Shown here: one piece after another, positions 9,916 through 21,086 of the stretch | Numbering within the stretch: position 1 is the stretch's first letter | Layout of the letters: every line of letters starts with the position of its first letter | NCBI GenBank assembly: GCA_963805925.1 | Contig: CAWDWB010000007.1 | Span: forward strand, 485,261-549,260 | Reading direction: 5' to 3' | DNA length: 64,000 nt | Origin: an uncultured Acidobacteriota bacterium | GTDB lineage: Bacteria > Acidobacteriota > Terriglobia > Bryobacterales > UBA6623 | Program-made: the position numbers and the translations under genes | Notes under the pieces: model-generated | Told to the model about the DNA's origin: nothing | The model's database searches: none | The model's input: the letters and a program-made list of their open reading frames with translations, nothing else

Positions 9916-10153
9916 ATTCTCAGCCTAGCGCATAATTCGGCGACATGATCCTAGCGAACCTACGAGTTCGGACGGTGTGTCTTTCCTAGTACCCGTGCCG
10001 TTGCATACTGGCCGCACTATCTGTGCCGATATCGGTGCAGCCGATCCGATCCGCCAAACTTAAGTCGGCGGAGTGCCGCGGTAGCGTCCGTGGCGCCTAA
10101 CCCGCTTCGCCTTTGTTCGCCGCCCGACACAAACGCGGTAACTCGCCTTAATA

Positions 10154-10178
10154 TTTCCCATCAATAGGTGATGGGAAA
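10154..10178. promoter_or_regulatory. Perfect inverted repeat TTTCCCATCA-N5-TGATGGGAAA overlapping the PadR start; probable autoregulatory operator
   Basis: 10-bp arms read directly from the sequence. Confidence 0.6.
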
Positions 10179-10514
10179 GAAAGGTCGACCTCGAAGTCCC
10201 GAGATGTTACAGGGCACGCTCGACATGCTACTGCTCAAGGCGCTCGGTGCCGGCCCGCTTCACGGTTATGGCATTGTGCGGCGTCTCAAAGAGACCTCCG
10301 GCGACGTGCTGCAGGTGGGCGAGAGCGCCCCATATCCCGCACTCCAGCGGCTTCTATTGAACGGAGATGTCGAAGCCGAATGGGGCGCTTCCGAGCACAA
10401 CCGGCGCGCCCGGTTCTACACGCTCACGAAAGTGGGTCGCAAGCGACTGGCGGCGGAGCGCAGGAGTTCGATCTGTTGATCGGAGCGATTCAACGAGTCA
10501 TGGGGACCGCCTGA
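10168..10514 (+). CDS. PadR family transcriptional regulator (acidobacterial type), frameshift near the C-terminus
   Basis: LQGTLDMLLLKAL..GPLHGYGI, EWGASEHNRRARFY; the C-terminal helix EFDLLIGAIQRVMGTA* continues in another frame to TGA 10514. Confidence 0.85.
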
Positions 10515-10526
10515 GGAGGCCGCCGC

Positions 10527-10821
10527 ATGCATGGACTTCTACGCCATTTCAGGCATTGGCTTCGGCGCGGGCAGATGGCTGACGAACTCGGTGAGGAGAT
10601 GGATTTCCATCGCACGCTAAAGCAAAGAGAACTCGAAGAAGACGGACTCAGCCGGCAAGAAGCCCGCTATCAGAGCTCTTTTACACGGAGTGAGCGAGCT
10701 GTACCCAGCCACGTTCCTGCTGATGCCCGCCGTTCTCGTAGTTGTCGTACTCGTTGCATCGCTTGCTCCTGCCCTTCGTGTGCTACGCGTTGATCCAATG
10801 ACTGCCTCGCGCGAAGAATAG
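10527..10821 (+). pseudogene. Internally deleted ADOP-type ABC permease remnant
   Basis: N-terminus MHGLLRHFRHWLRRGQMADELGEEMDFH..GLSRQEARY joined out of frame to C-terminus ALLHGVS..PATF..VASLAPALRVLRVDPMTASREE*. Confidence 0.85.
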
Positions 10822-10871
10822 CCGTGCGTCCCAATGCGCTTACATGCCAACCCCGTGCCCAGCGGCGAACG

Positions 10872-12068
10872 CTACTCGGCCAACGAGGCCGCCATCGAAA
10901 TGGTCTGCGCTCCGCTCCTGTCCGTCACCGTGATGACGCCGTCAGCGACGGAGACGTCGCTGACTCCCTCGAATCCTTCGGGAGTCTGAACCAGGAACAT
11001 CATGTAGTCGACCGAGAATTTCGACTTGGCCGGCAGCCACTGGTAGAGCGGCGTATCGAACAGCTTGCCGTCGGAGACGACTGTGCGGCGCGGGAGATCG
11101 AATGGCTGGGTGCCGAACTCCATGCCGCGGGCGAGCATGCCTTCCTTGGGGTAGTTCTCCCAGGTCTGCATCCAGGGGAACTGCGTGGTGTTGTAGATGT
11201 AGCCAAGCAACAGTCGTTTGCCGGGATGGTCGGCGGTGACCCAGGCTTTCGGGCCCCCGACGTTCATGAGGTGTCCGGTGTGATCGCCGGAGCCGAGTTC
11301 GACGGGCGCGGCGCGCAGGTCGACTTTTCCGCCTTCGACGGTGGGGGCCATGGGCCAAACAAACTCTTCGCCGGAAGTGATGCGATGGCGCCGTTCGGGG
11401 CTGCCGGGGTCTTTATAGGGCCGGGTCAAGGCGCGATTGGCCGACATGTCGACGACAGTGACGCCGGGCTCTAAGAAAGGTGAGCCGATGGTGGCGTGCT
11501 CGGCCCAATTGATGGGCCGGTCGAAGCCCAGGTGGCTGGTCAGATCCGAGTTGACGTAGACGACGTTCTCGCCGTCGACCATACGCACGGTACGCTGTAA
11601 CGTCTCCTCGACGATGGGCAGATCGACGGACTGCACGAGCGTCGTTGTTGAACCGTCTTTAGCTTCAGAGACAGTCGTCCAGGGGAGGCGATGGGCCTCG
11701 CCGTGGTTCTGCAATCCTGCAGCTTGTTCCTCTTCCGATACGCCGCCAAAGCCGTCGACGCAGACAAAGTGCCCGACCGAGGAGCCGAATTGCGGCTCCT
11801 GGCCCGCTTCTTTGGCCGCGCGCAGCGGCGCCCACAATGGACTCAGCTTGTCGGGGTCCGCCTTGAGGACGAAGTCGACGAAGGGTCCGCCGGTGGGCAG
11901 AATCTTCAGTTCGAGGACGCCGTTCTCCAGCAGAATCGCCGGCAGCCCGAGGTATTCAGAATTGGCCTCGGCGGCGGTTTCCGTGGGCGTCTCCATCGGC
12001 GCGTTCGAACAACCGATGAGGAACAGTGCGGTCAACAGGCAGACGTGGCGGGCGATCAACATGGGCAC
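10872..12068 (-). CDS. Hypothetical lipoprotein, probable galactose-mutarotase-like beta-sandwich
   Basis: Lipobox LIGC; NHGEAH, WAEHATIG, ARGMEFG resemble DUF4432/aldose-epimerase-like proteins. Confidence 0.5.
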   Translation of the reverse strand: MPMLIARHVCLLTALFLIGCSNAPMETPTETAAEANSEYLGLPAILLENGVLELKILPTGGPFVDFVLKADPDKLSPLWAPLRAAKEAGQEPQFGSSVGHFVCVDGFGGVSEEEQAAGLQNHGEAHRLPWTTVSEAKDGSTTTLVQSVDLPIVEETLQRTVRMVDGENVVYVNSDLTSHLGFDRPINWAEHATIGSPFLEPGVTVVDMSANRALTRPYKDPGSPERRHRITSGEEFVWPMAPTVEGGKVDLRAAPVELGSGDHTGHLMNVGGPKAWVTADHPGKRLLLGYIYNTTQFPWMQTWENYPKEGMLARGMEFGTQPFDLPRRTVVSDGKLFDTPLYQWLPAKSKFSVDYMMFLVQTPEGFEGVSDVSVADGVITVTDRSGAQTISMAASLAE

Positions 12069-12159
12069 ATTGTACAGATCCTGCGCCGGTTTGGAACGTG
12101 CGACCGAATGCTATTTGTCTGCATCTCATAGAATGGAAAATTCAGCTGAAGGAGACTGC

Positions 12160-13080
12160 ATGCGTAAGGTTGTGATCATCGGCTCGGGCTGCGCGGGAAA
12201 TACCGCCGCCATTTACACCGCCCGGGCGAATCTCGCCCCATTAGTTATCGAGGGCCTCGAAGCGGGCGGACAACTGACTCTGACCACCGAAGTAGAGAAC
12301 TTTCCGGGTTTCCCGGAAGGCATCATGGGTCCCGAGCTGGTCGAGAACATGAAGAAGCAGGCTCAGCGCTTCGGCGCCGAGTACAAGGCGGGCAACGTCG
12401 ATAAGGCGGACTTGTCGCAGCGCCCGTTTAAGCTGTGGGTCGGCGAAGAGCTGATTGAGGCCGAGGCGCTGATTATCGCTTCGGGCGCCTCGGCGCGCTG
12501 GCTGGGAATCGACTCGGAGCAGAAGTTGATCGGCCACGGCGTCAGTTCTTGTGCAACCTGCGACGGCTTCTTCTTCCGCGATCAGCCGGTGACGGTGGTC
12601 GGCGGCGGCGACTCAGCGATGGAAGAAGCGACGTTCCTCACCAAGTTCGCCTCGGAGGTGGCCCTTGTGCATCGCCGGGACGAATTCCGCGCTTCGAAGA
12701 TCATGCTCGAGCGCGCTGAGAAGAACGACAAGATCAAGAAGCTCACGCCGATGGTCATTGACGAAGTGCTGGGAGTAGAAGAGGGTGAAGTGAAGGGTGT
12801 TCGCCTTCGCAACATCGAGACCGGCGAGACGATGGTGCATGATACGGCCGCTCTATTTTTGGCGATCGGCCACATCCCCAACACGACGATCTTCAAGGGC
12901 CAGTTAGATCTTGATCCCGAAGGCTACATCGTGGGCAAGGGAGGCGCACGCACGAGCATCGATGGCGTCTTCCACGCCGGAGACGTCGAAGACCGCATTT
13001 ACCGGCAAGCCATTACGGCCGCTGGCGCAGGCTGCAAGGCGGCGATTGAGGCGGAGCGCTTCTTAGCGGACCACGAATAA
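12160..13080 (+). CDS. trxB: Thioredoxin-disulfide reductase
   Basis: IIGSGCAG, CATCDG, GGGDSAMEEA, GDVEDRIYRQAITAAG; GGAG RBS. Confidence 0.95.
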   Translation: MRKVVIIGSGCAGNTAAIYTARANLAPLVIEGLEAGGQLTLTTEVENFPGFPEGIMGPELVENMKKQAQRFGAEYKAGNVDKADLSQRPFKLWVGEELIEAEALIIASGASARWLGIDSEQKLIGHGVSSCATCDGFFFRDQPVTVVGGGDSAMEEATFLTKFASEVALVHRRDEFRASKIMLERAEKNDKIKKLTPMVIDEVLGVEEGEVKGVRLRNIETGETMVHDTAALFLAIGHIPNTTIFKGQLDLDPEGYIVGKGGARTSIDGVFHAGDVEDRIYRQAITAAGAGCKAAIEAERFLADHE

Positions 13081-13626
13081 TTAGTGTTCGTCGAGAAGTC
13101 TGGCCATCTCGACGGCGCTGGTACGATTGCCGACGCCGTCGCTGATTTTGGCGAAGAAGACCTTGCCGTCCTCATCAATTAAGAACGTCGAGGGGTACGC
13201 GGTCTGTTGCCCCTCGTTCCATCTGACGCCGTAAAGGCTCGTAAACCTGAACTTCGGGTCGAGCAGCATGGTGAAGTGCGAGGGGAAAGTCTTGTCTGCG
13301 ACGAACTCCTCGGCGCGCGACTGCAGATCGTCTGAGGGGCCGGGGTAGACGAAGAGAACGCGTGCACCCGCTTCTCTAAAAGCGTCTGCGTTGGCGATGA
13401 AGTCATGCACTTGGCGGCTACAGACGGGGCACTGGTAACCGGGGTAGCCGCGCAGAACGACCAGTGCGACGGGGCCTTCGGCGTAGACGTCAGAGAGCTG
13501 GATGTTGCCGCCGGCCAGCGAGCGCAGCGTGAAGTTCGGGGCCGTATCGCCCACAGCAGGCGAGGCAGCTGCGAGCGTGAGGGTGCTGAATGCTGCGATG
13601 AGAACCAAGTGAACAATGGCGCGCAT
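13081..13626 (-). CDS. Secreted peroxiredoxin-like (AhpC/TSA) thioredoxin-fold protein
   Basis: Signal peptide; GDTAPNFTL, RGYPGYQCPVC, AYPSTFLID. Confidence 0.75.
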   Translation of the reverse strand: MRAIVHLVLIAAFSTLTLAAASPAVGDTAPNFTLRSLAGGNIQLSDVYAEGPVALVVLRGYPGYQCPVCSRQVHDFIANADAFREAGARVLFVYPGPSDDLQSRAEEFVADKTFPSHFTMLLDPKFRFTSLYGVRWNEGQQTAYPSTFLIDEDGKVFFAKISDGVGNRTSAVEMARLLDEH

Positions 13627-13697
13627 GAATACTCCTAGACCCTTGCTAAGACGCCGCAGGGTCGCTAGCGTTACATTCGTGCGGGACAGTCGCAAAG

Positions 13698-14393
13698 TTA
13701 CGCCTGCGGCAGTTGGCCTGCGGGCAGCAGATCGCCTTTCTCTAGGTGCCGGGCAACGTGGGCGTACTTGGCTGCCTGCGGATCGTGAGTGACCATCACA
13801 ACCGTCTTGCCGTGGTCGCGGTTGAGCACGGTGAGAATCTCCAAGATATCTTTGGCGGAGGCCGCGTCGAGGTCGCCGGTGGGCTCGTCGGCGAGCAGGA
13901 TCTTGGGGTCCGTGACCAAGGCTCGGGCGATGGCGACGCGTTGCTCTTGGCCGCCGGAAAGTTGACGCGGGTAGTGGTCGAGGCGATCGCTGAGGCCGAC
14001 GATTTCGAGCGCAGTCGAGGCGTGCTTGCGGCGGGCTGCTTTCGATAACCCGGTGAGCAGCAGCGGCAGTTCGACGTTCTCAAGCGCCGTCAGCACGGGG
14101 ATCAAGTTAAACGTCTGGAAGATGTAGCCGACGTTCTCGCCGCGCCACGCTGCGAGTTGCTTGTCACTGAACTTGGCGACGTCGTCGCCCATGACCAGGA
14201 TCTGTCCCGAGGTGGGTTTGTCGATGCCGGCGGCCAGGTGCAGCAGCGTCGATTTGCCAGACCCGGAAGGCCCCATGAGGCAAAAGAATTCGCCTTGTTC
14301 GATCGAGAGGTCGACTTGGTTGAGCGCCGTCACGGCGAAGCTGTCGCGGCGGTATTCCTTGGTGAGGTTGAGCAGTTGAATGGCGGCAGGCAT
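13698..14393 (-). CDS. ABC transporter ATP-binding protein (MacB/LolD type)
   Basis: [31 protein letters not shown]. Confidence 0.95.
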   Translation of the reverse strand: MPAAIQLLNLTKEYRRDSFAVTALNQVDLSIEQGEFFCLMGPSGSGKSTLLHLAAGIDKPTSGQILVMGDDVAKFSDKQLAAWRGENVGYIFQTFNLIPVLTALENVELPLLLTGLSKAARRKHASTALEIVGLSDRLDHYPRQLSGGQEQRVAIARALVTDPKILLADEPTGDLDAASAKDILEILTVLNRDHGKTVVMVTHDPQAAKYAHVARHLEKGDLLPAGQLPQA

Positions 14394-14400
14394 GGTTGTC

Positions 14401-15765
14401 CTAGGAAGCGCGCAGACGGACGGCCGCGCCGTCGGCTAACTCCGCTGGAGGAGCCGTGATGACGTCTTCGCCGCCCGAGAGGCCGGAGAGAATCTCGATT
14501 TGGTCGGCGCGACGCTCGCCGACTTCGACGGCGCGGGCGACGGCTTTGTCGTTGACGTAAAGGAAGACTTGGCCGTCGCGAACGGCCGAAGCGGGAATGC
14601 GCATTGTCGGCCTGGCGCGTTGGCTGGCGACCGCTTCTTTCGACGTGGTGAACGAGACGTTGGCGTTCATCTCGGGACGCAGCAGGTCGTCGGGATTGAG
14701 GATCTGCACCTTGACCTGGACGGTGGCCTTCTGTCGATCGGCTTCCGGCGAAATCTCGACGATCTCGCCGTCGTAGGGTTGGTCGCGGTAGGCATCCGCG
14801 CGGACGACGGCCCGTTGGCCCATCGCCAGCTTGGCGAAATCGTTCTGGCTGATGTCGAGTTCCACTTGCAGGTCGTTGAGGTCGGCGAGCGAGACCACAT
14901 AACCCTTGGCGCCGCGTTCGCCGACGAAGCTGGTGGTCACGAATTCGCCGATCTCGACGTTGCGTTCGAGGATGGTGCCGGTAACAGGGGCGCGGATGAT
15001 GGTGCCGTCGAGTTGGGTGCGGGCGAAATCGAGCTGTCCTGCGGCCTCTTGGACTTGTCCTCGAACGGCGTCAGTTGCCTCTTTTCTGGGGCCGAGTTGG
15101 GCGAGCTCGTAGGCGTGCTGCAGGGCCTCGACGCGGGCGACTTGAGCGTTGTACTGCTCGCGAGCACGGTCGAACTCCTGCACGGCGACAACGCCGGCGT
15201 CGGTCAAGGCTTTGACGCGATCGACATCGAGCTTGAGACGCTCGCTATCGGCCCGGGCCTCTTCGAGGTTGGCCTTGGCGCGCTCGATCTCTTCGGGGCG
15301 CGAGCCTGCTTCAAACTCCGCCAGGCGCGCCTTGAGAGCGGCGAGGTTGCCTTCGGCTTGACGGACGCGGGCGCGAAACTCGTCGTCTTCGAGATGGACC
15401 AGAGCTTGACCCTTTTGAACTTTGTCGCCTTTCTCGACGGAGATCGATGCGACGCGTCCGACGACCTTGGAGGCAACTTCGATCTTGTGATGGGCGACAA
15501 TGTAGCCGGCCGCATCGAGCGCGACTTCGTTGGCGAGGGAGTCCGCGGTAGGGGCGGAAACGCGCACGATGGAGACTTCGGGCGCTGCGCCGCCGGAGAA
15601 TGCGAAACGCCAGACTCCGAAGCCGACGAAGAGTAAAACGCCGAGGACGATCCACCACTTGGTCCAGCCCTTGTTTGCAGGCTCGCGCTGCGAGCGGTCG
15701 ATCTTGAGGCTAGAGAGTTCGGCTCCGAATTTTGGCGCTTCCGACATATGGTTACTAGGATCCAC
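14401..15765 (-). CDS. Periplasmic adaptor (HlyD/MacA family)
   Basis: N-terminal TM, lipoyl halves around a long coiled coil, [21 protein letters not shown]. Confidence 0.9.
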   Translation of the reverse strand: MDPSNHMSEAPKFGAELSSLKIDRSQREPANKGWTKWWIVLGVLLFVGFGVWRFAFSGGAAPEVSIVRVSAPTADSLANEVALDAAGYIVAHHKIEVASKVVGRVASISVEKGDKVQKGQALVHLEDDEFRARVRQAEGNLAALKARLAEFEAGSRPEEIERAKANLEEARADSERLKLDVDRVKALTDAGVVAVQEFDRAREQYNAQVARVEALQHAYELAQLGPRKEATDAVRGQVQEAAGQLDFARTQLDGTIIRAPVTGTILERNVEIGEFVTTSFVGERGAKGYVVSLADLNDLQVELDISQNDFAKLAMGQRAVVRADAYRDQPYDGEIVEISPEADRQKATVQVKVQILNPDDLLRPEMNANVSFTTSKEAVASQRARPTMRIPASAVRDGQVFLYVNDKAVARAVEVGERRADQIEILSGLSGGEDVITAPPAELADGAAVRLRAS

Positions 15766-16930
15766 GCAGCGAATTCAAGATGGTCTTGCCGGCAGCGAGG
15801 CGGGCGGGCAAGAGTCCGCCGATCATACCCATGACGGCGGCAAAGATGAGCCCTGCAGCAATGCTCTCGGGCGTGATTTGAAACGAGAAGGTCGTTTCGC
15901 TGAAGGTGAGCTGATTGCCGAGGCGGCTCTCGATGCCGTTCAACGGCAGCACCAACAGTACTCCGGCGATGCCGCCCAACAGAGACAGCACGATCGACTC
16001 GAAGACGAAACTGCCGATGATGCTCCAGCGCGAAAAACCCAATAAGCGCAACGTGCCGACTTCGCGGGCGCGGCGAGCGACGGCGGTGTACATGGTATTC
16101 ATCGCGGCAAAACAGCTGCCGATGGCCATGATGATGGCCACGAAGATTCCTAGGCCCTGGATGGGCGCGGCGCTAGACATCTGCTCTGCGTAGTAGTCGC
16201 GTTCCAGGCGGCCCTCCAGCAGCAGACGCTGATCTTCTTTAATGCGGTTGGAGATCGCTTGCGCGGCGGCCTCGTCGGTGGCGCGGATGATGGCGGAGCT
16301 GCGCGTTGAGCCGCGGCCAAGGTCGGTAGTGGCCAGGTTGCCGTCGGTCCAGATTTCGCTGTTGTAAGCGGAGCGGCCAGCGTTGAAGATGCCGACGACT
16401 TCCCAGTCCCCGCGACCGAAGGGAATCTTGTCGCCGATGTCGGTGCCGGCGCGAATGCCGTGCACGCCTTCGCCGACGACGACCTCGCGCTTGCCGCTCT
16501 CAAACCACCGGCCCTCGACCAGTTCCAACCCGTCGCGCATCCTCAGGCCCATCGGCGAGAGACCGCGAATGTTGACGTTGCCCATATTCCCTTCGTCTTC
16601 GGTCGTTCCGCGCAGCCGCAGCGAGACGATGGAGACCACTTCATGCGAGGCCATCGGTTCGCCGTCAAGCTGTTCGATACCGTCGAGGAACTTGATGGTG
16701 TTGAACTGCTCTTGGGTGACCACGCTGACGAGTTCCGCTGTCGAACCCTGCCGCAGGGCGAGGACTTGTCGAGGGTTGCCGGTGACTTCGAGCGATGTGC
16801 GTAGGCCGTTGACCAGGGCCAGGATGCCGAGCAGTACGGCGACCGTCAAGCCGATGCCGAGCGCGGTCATGATGGTCGTCGTGTAGCGCACCTTCAGATT
16901 GCGCAGGTTGTAGCTAAGCGGGATCGCCAT
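15755..16930 (-). CDS. MacB/FtsX-type ABC permease
   Basis: TM + periplasmic domain + AMNTMYTAVARRAREVGTLRLLGF. Confidence 0.9.
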   Translation of the reverse strand: MAIPLSYNLRNLKVRYTTTIMTALGIGLTVAVLLGILALVNGLRTSLEVTGNPRQVLALRQGSTAELVSVVTQEQFNTIKFLDGIEQLDGEPMASHEVVSIVSLRLRGTTEDEGNMGNVNIRGLSPMGLRMRDGLELVEGRWFESGKREVVVGEGVHGIRAGTDIGDKIPFGRGDWEVVGIFNAGRSAYNSEIWTDGNLATTDLGRGSTRSSAIIRATDEAAAQAISNRIKEDQRLLLEGRLERDYYAEQMSSAAPIQGLGIFVAIIMAIGSCFAAMNTMYTAVARRAREVGTLRLLGFSRWSIIGSFVFESIVLSLLGGIAGVLLVLPLNGIESRLGNQLTFSETTFSFQITPESIAAGLIFAAVMGMIGGLLPARLAAGKTILNSLRGS

Positions 16931-16936
16931 TGCTGT

Positions 16937-18085
16937 TTATCCGTTGTGGCGCAGGGCCTCGGTGATGCGCATATGGGAGGCGGATATGGCTGGTACGAGG
17001 GCGCTGAGGATGCCGATCGCGACCGCAGCGCCCAGGCAAATCGGTACGCCCCATAGCGGCAGACTGAGGGCCATGCCGTAGCTCGCCATCATCGAGCCCG
17101 CGCCTTTCGCCGTGAGCCATGCCGCGCCGACTCCCACTAGTCCGCCGACCGCCGACACCAGGGCGGCTTCGGAAAGAATCAGTCCAAACACAGCGCCTGC
17201 GCGGAAGCCGAGCGTCTTGAGCACGCCGACCTCGCGTATGCGTTCGCGCACGGACATGGCCATGGTATTCGCCGAAACCAACATGATGGTGAAAACGATC
17301 GCCCCGGCGATGCTCATCAGGAAGACTTTGATGTTGCCGATCTGGTTGATGAACGAAAGCAGAAATGCGGCCTCGGTTTCGGTCTTAGTCGGCTCGGGCG
17401 CGTTGCGGAAGTGATCGTCGATCGCCGCGGCAACTTGCGGGACCACTTCGGGGCTGGAGGCCAAGATGCCGAAGAAGCCGACCATGCCGCCCCACTGGGG
17501 AGGAAGACTTTCTTCTAGATACTTCTGATGGAAGAACGTCGCGTCGTCGCTTGGTCCGTGGAAAATGGCGCGAATCGTCACCTCGATATCGAAGGGATAG
17601 ATGTCGCCTTGGATGGTGATGCGCTGACCCAGCTTGAGGCCGATGCGCTCGGCGGTGGTGCTGCCGATGGCCATGCCTTGGCGGTCGTTGATGAACGCTT
17701 GCAGTTGGTCGGGTGGAACTGCGAATTCGGGGTGCAGTTCGAAGATCTTTTCCGGATCGACGGCAAACCGCGAGAAGAAGTGTTCGGGGCGGTTATCGAT
17801 GTAAATGCCTCCGAACCAATTCTGCGGAACGACGATTTCCACCCCGGGGATCGCCTCGATCTGCTCGGTGTAGTACTTGGGCATCGCTTGGGTAAGCGAA
17901 ACCTTGTGGCGCACGATCAGCCGCTGTGCCTGGTCGGTGGAGACGTCCTGAAAATAGAACGAGGCGTAGACGGAGAAGAGAATTCCGAGAAGGAACAGGG
18001 AAACGGCGACGCTCAGGATCGTCAGCAGGGTACGCCGCAGGTTGCGGAAGAGGTTTTTTGCTACGTAAGGCAGCAGCTTGAGCAT
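16937..18085 (-). CDS. MacB/FtsX-type ABC permease
   Basis: KNLFRNLRRTLLT; ANTMAMSVRERIREVGVLKTLGF. Confidence 0.9.
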   Translation of the reverse strand: MLKLLPYVAKNLFRNLRRTLLTILSVAVSLFLLGILFSVYASFYFQDVSTDQAQRLIVRHKVSLTQAMPKYYTEQIEAIPGVEIVVPQNWFGGIYIDNRPEHFFSRFAVDPEKIFELHPEFAVPPDQLQAFINDRQGMAIGSTTAERIGLKLGQRITIQGDIYPFDIEVTIRAIFHGPSDDATFFHQKYLEESLPPQWGGMVGFFGILASSPEVVPQVAAAIDDHFRNAPEPTKTETEAAFLLSFINQIGNIKVFLMSIAGAIVFTIMLVSANTMAMSVRERIREVGVLKTLGFRAGAVFGLILSEAALVSAVGGLVGVGAAWLTAKGAGSMMASYGMALSLPLWGVPICLGAAVAIGILSALVPAISASHMRITEALRHNG

Positions 18086-18137
18086 GAAAATCCTCCCCGC
18101 CTAACCGACAAGGCCATTCTAGCGAAAGGGCGGCCCC

Positions 18138-19493
18138 TCACTTGCCAATGCAGAAAGTCGAAAAGATATTGTTGAGAATGTCATCGACGGTGGTTGCGCC
18201 GGTGACCGCGTCGATGGGTCGCAGGGCGCTGTAGAGATCGAGCAGCAACATTTCATGCGGAACCTGGCTGCCGATGGCGGTCTTCGCGTTTTCCAGCGAT
18301 TCCAACGATTCGCGCAGTAGGCCTTCGTGACGCAAGTTGGTGATGAAGGCTCCTTCTTGTTCGCGACGTGGGGCGGCCTTGTCACGAATCGCCTGGCGCA
18401 AGGCGTCGATTCCTTCGCCGGATGTAGCTGAGACGGGCGTGTAGTCGCGGGCGTCGGCTTGTTGCGGCAAGTCGCACTTGTTGCCGACGGCGATGCCTTG
18501 TCCGCTGGCGTGGGCTTTGTGGAGCAGTTCGCGGTCAGTCTCGTCGAGTGGCTGTGACAAATCGAAGACAGCGAGCACGATATCGGCGTCGGCGAGGGCG
18601 GCCCAACTGCGTTCAACTCCCTCGGCCTCGATGATGTCGGCGGTGGCGCGAATGCCAGCGGTGTCGAGCAGCTTGACCGGGATGCCGTCGATTTCGGCGA
18701 ACTCGCTGACCACGTCGCGCGTCGTGCCGGCAGTTGGGGTGACGATGGAGCGCTCTTGCTGCAACAGCCGGTTGAACAAGCTCGACTTGCCGACATTGGG
18801 CTTGCCCAGGATTGCCAGTGTCAGGCCGCCGCGCACGACCTTGCCATAGCGGAAGCTTTCCGCCAAAGTCTGGATGCCTTTGTGGACGGGAGACAGGCGT
18901 TGTAAGAGTTCGGCGTTCGAGGCGACGTCGATGTCGTCTTCAGCGAAGTCGATGCCCGCTTCGAGAAGGGCGATGAGGTCGAGCAACTGCTTTTTCAGCG
19001 GCGTGATGCGACGGGAGAGCGCCCCGTCTAGCTGTTGCGTGGCGACGCGGGCCTGGTAGACGGTGGTGGCGTCGATGAGATCACGAACCGCTTCTGCTTG
19101 GGCCAAGTCGAGGCGGCCGTTTTTGAAAGCGCGCAGGGTGAATTCGCCGGGCTCCGCCAGGCGTGCGCCGCTCGCTAGGGCGCGCTCGACCGCCAGCCCC
19201 AACACAGGCGGAGAGCCGTGGCAGGAGATCTCGACGACGTCCTCGGCGGTGTAGCTATGCGGCTTGGGGAAGAGCGTTGCGAGCGTCTCGTCGACCTTGT
19301 GGCCTTGGTCGTCGATGAGTTCGGCGAGGGAGGCGCGGCGCGGCTTGAGGCCTTCGTCGCCGAGGCGCAGGATCTGGTTGGCGATGCGACGCGCGTCCTT
19401 GCCCGAGAGACGGACAACGCCGATGCCGCCGCGGCCTGGAGGGGTCGAGACGGCGACGATGGTGTCGTCTTGATGGACGGACTCGGGAATCAT
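18138..19493 (-). CDS. mnmE: tRNA modification GTPase MnmE
   Basis: [44 protein letters not shown]-terminal FCIGK. Confidence 0.97.
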   Translation of the reverse strand: MIPESVHQDDTIVAVSTPPGRGGIGVVRLSGKDARRIANQILRLGDEGLKPRRASLAELIDDQGHKVDETLATLFPKPHSYTAEDVVEISCHGSPPVLGLAVERALASGARLAEPGEFTLRAFKNGRLDLAQAEAVRDLIDATTVYQARVATQQLDGALSRRITPLKKQLLDLIALLEAGIDFAEDDIDVASNAELLQRLSPVHKGIQTLAESFRYGKVVRGGLTLAILGKPNVGKSSLFNRLLQQERSIVTPTAGTTRDVVSEFAEIDGIPVKLLDTAGIRATADIIEAEGVERSWAALADADIVLAVFDLSQPLDETDRELLHKAHASGQGIAVGNKCDLPQQADARDYTPVSATSGEGIDALRQAIRDKAAPRREQEGAFITNLRHEGLLRESLESLENAKTAIGSQVPHEMLLLDLYSALRPIDAVTGATTVDDILNNIFSTFCIGK

Positions 19494-19506
19494 CGAAGAG
19501 GGCAGG

Positions 19507-20046
19507 CTACCAGCCCATTCGCTGACGCAGCGCGGTGATGTGCATCACGTGGTGGCGACCGTGCCAAGCGTAGCAGCTCGTATAGGCGCCGATGGTGAGT
19601 TCGCCGATCTCAGGATGAAGCAGTCGGCGGTTGAGGCCGACTTGATCCAAGCTACGCAGCATGCGCACCCAGCGGTTGTGCAGCGCGTCCAGCAGGCTGA
19701 GCGAGACGTCGATGGGAGCGGACTTGCCATCGGCCAGTTCAGCCCACAGAGCTTCGTCGTAAGGCTGTGCGACGGGCATGCCTCCTGTGGCGGTCGCCGC
19801 TTGCTTGAAGCGAATGTAGGCGTTGATGTGGCTGTCGGGCAGGTGGTGGACAACCTGGCGAACGGTCCAGCCGCCTTCGCGATAGGGCGAGTCGAGTTGC
19901 TTATCGTTCAGGCCTTCGACGGCTTCGCGCAGCTCGGCGGGAGCGACCGCGATTTCGTCGATCCAGATGCGGGCTTGGTCGTAGGGGATGTTGTTTTCGG
20001 GCCTCTTCCAGTGCCCGATCGGGTAGCGTTGTGGATCGAGTTCCAT
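19507..20046 (-). CDS. YfiT-like (DinB superfamily) putative bacillithiol S-transferase
   Basis: [32 protein letters not shown]. Confidence 0.85.
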   Translation of the reverse strand: MELDPQRYPIGHWKRPENNIPYDQARIWIDEIAVAPAELREAVEGLNDKQLDSPYREGGWTVRQVVHHLPDSHINAYIRFKQAATATGGMPVAQPYDEALWAELADGKSAPIDVSLSLLDALHNRWVRMLRSLDQVGLNRRLLHPEIGELTIGAYTSCYAWHGRHHVMHITALRQRMGW

Positions 20047-20146
20047 AGCTCTATGATCGCGCCTTCAGGATGGACGAGGAGCCAAGGCAACCTCACTGCT
20101 TCTGAGCTGGCGATGATCAATCTCCAATCGTAATAGTCGGCCTAGA

Positions 20147-21043
20147 CTACCGACAGAATTTTTCGAGCTGATCCGCGTAGGCATCATCGGGATGCCGCCT
20201 ATAGTCCAGCTTCTTCGCCAGCGCCATTTGCATCAGCAGCGTCTCGCCGCGTGTTGTGGCCGCATCCGGATCGCTCTCGTAGGCGGGGTCGCTGTGCGCT
20301 TCGGCCAGCGGGATGACCTTAAAATCCAGGTCATCCAGCAACTCGAATAGATCCGGCAGCATTAGCCCGGTGAACGCCCCGATGTGCAGCAGCATCGTAT
20401 GTTTCATGTCGCGGCCGAACAACATGTTCGAGAGTTCTTGGCCGGCATCGAGCGAATCCTCGGCCGCATCCAAGTAGAGAGTCTTGAGTTCTTCGACAGC
20501 CTGCTGGTCGCCCTTCTCCATGCAGCGCGCGTAGGGCGCGTTCCACATGTAATCGCCGAAATCGATGGTGACTTGCGCCGTGCGGTAGCCCTTCTGCTTG
20601 AGATAGTCCCGAATCTCCCGGCGCTTCTCCACAGTGTCGCCCTCACGCAAGTACGGATAGCGGAACCACTTCCAGTCTTGGCCTTCCATCAGTTGCTGGA
20701 GCGGGGCTTCGTTCTGGTCGATGTTGCGTTCGAAGTCCTCGACGCTGTTGCCGTGAAGATCCATGTGCGTAAAGGAATGGCTAGCCAGAGGGAAGCCGGC
20801 TGCGCGCCAAATCTGAAGCACCTCATTCTGGGCTGCGTCGTCCCCTGCGCCTCGGCCGGCGTTGATGAAGCCGTAGAATTCGACTCCGGCAGGTTTGAGA
20901 GCGGCGACAAATGTTCGCGCCACGTCCTCTCGCGCCACCCCGGGCGGCAGGTTGCCGTGGTTGGGCAGATCGTCAAATGTCAGGGCGATTTCCTGTGCTG
21001 ACAGGCTGACGGCGAACAGAGCGAGTAGAAGCAATCGATTCAT
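20147..21043 (-). CDS. Secreted polysaccharide deacetylase (CE4/NodB-like)
   Basis: Signal peptide; IALTFDDLP, HSFTH, WFRYPYL, LLH. Confidence 0.85.
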   Translation of the reverse strand: MNRLLLLALFAVSLSAQEIALTFDDLPNHGNLPPGVAREDVARTFVAALKPAGVEFYGFINAGRGAGDDAAQNEVLQIWRAAGFPLASHSFTHMDLHGNSVEDFERNIDQNEAPLQQLMEGQDWKWFRYPYLREGDTVEKRREIRDYLKQKGYRTAQVTIDFGDYMWNAPYARCMEKGDQQAVEELKTLYLDAAEDSLDAGQELSNMLFGRDMKHTMLLHIGAFTGLMLPDLFELLDDLDFKVIPLAEAHSDPAYESDPDAATTRGETLLMQMALAKKLDYRRHPDDAYADQLEKFCR

Positions 21044-21086
21044 AGCGTTGTGAGGTTCAGTCTAGCTGTTCGCTACACTCCCTTTC

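Noticed and set aside
9916-10150. Zur/Fur box or cobalamin riboswitch before the metal-uptake operon
   Set aside because: No AT-rich palindrome or B12-box-like sequence was seen.
13698-18085. Four-gene MacAB-like exporter with two permeases as a novel system
   Set aside because: A common arrangement with no unusual feature or adjacent substrate gene.
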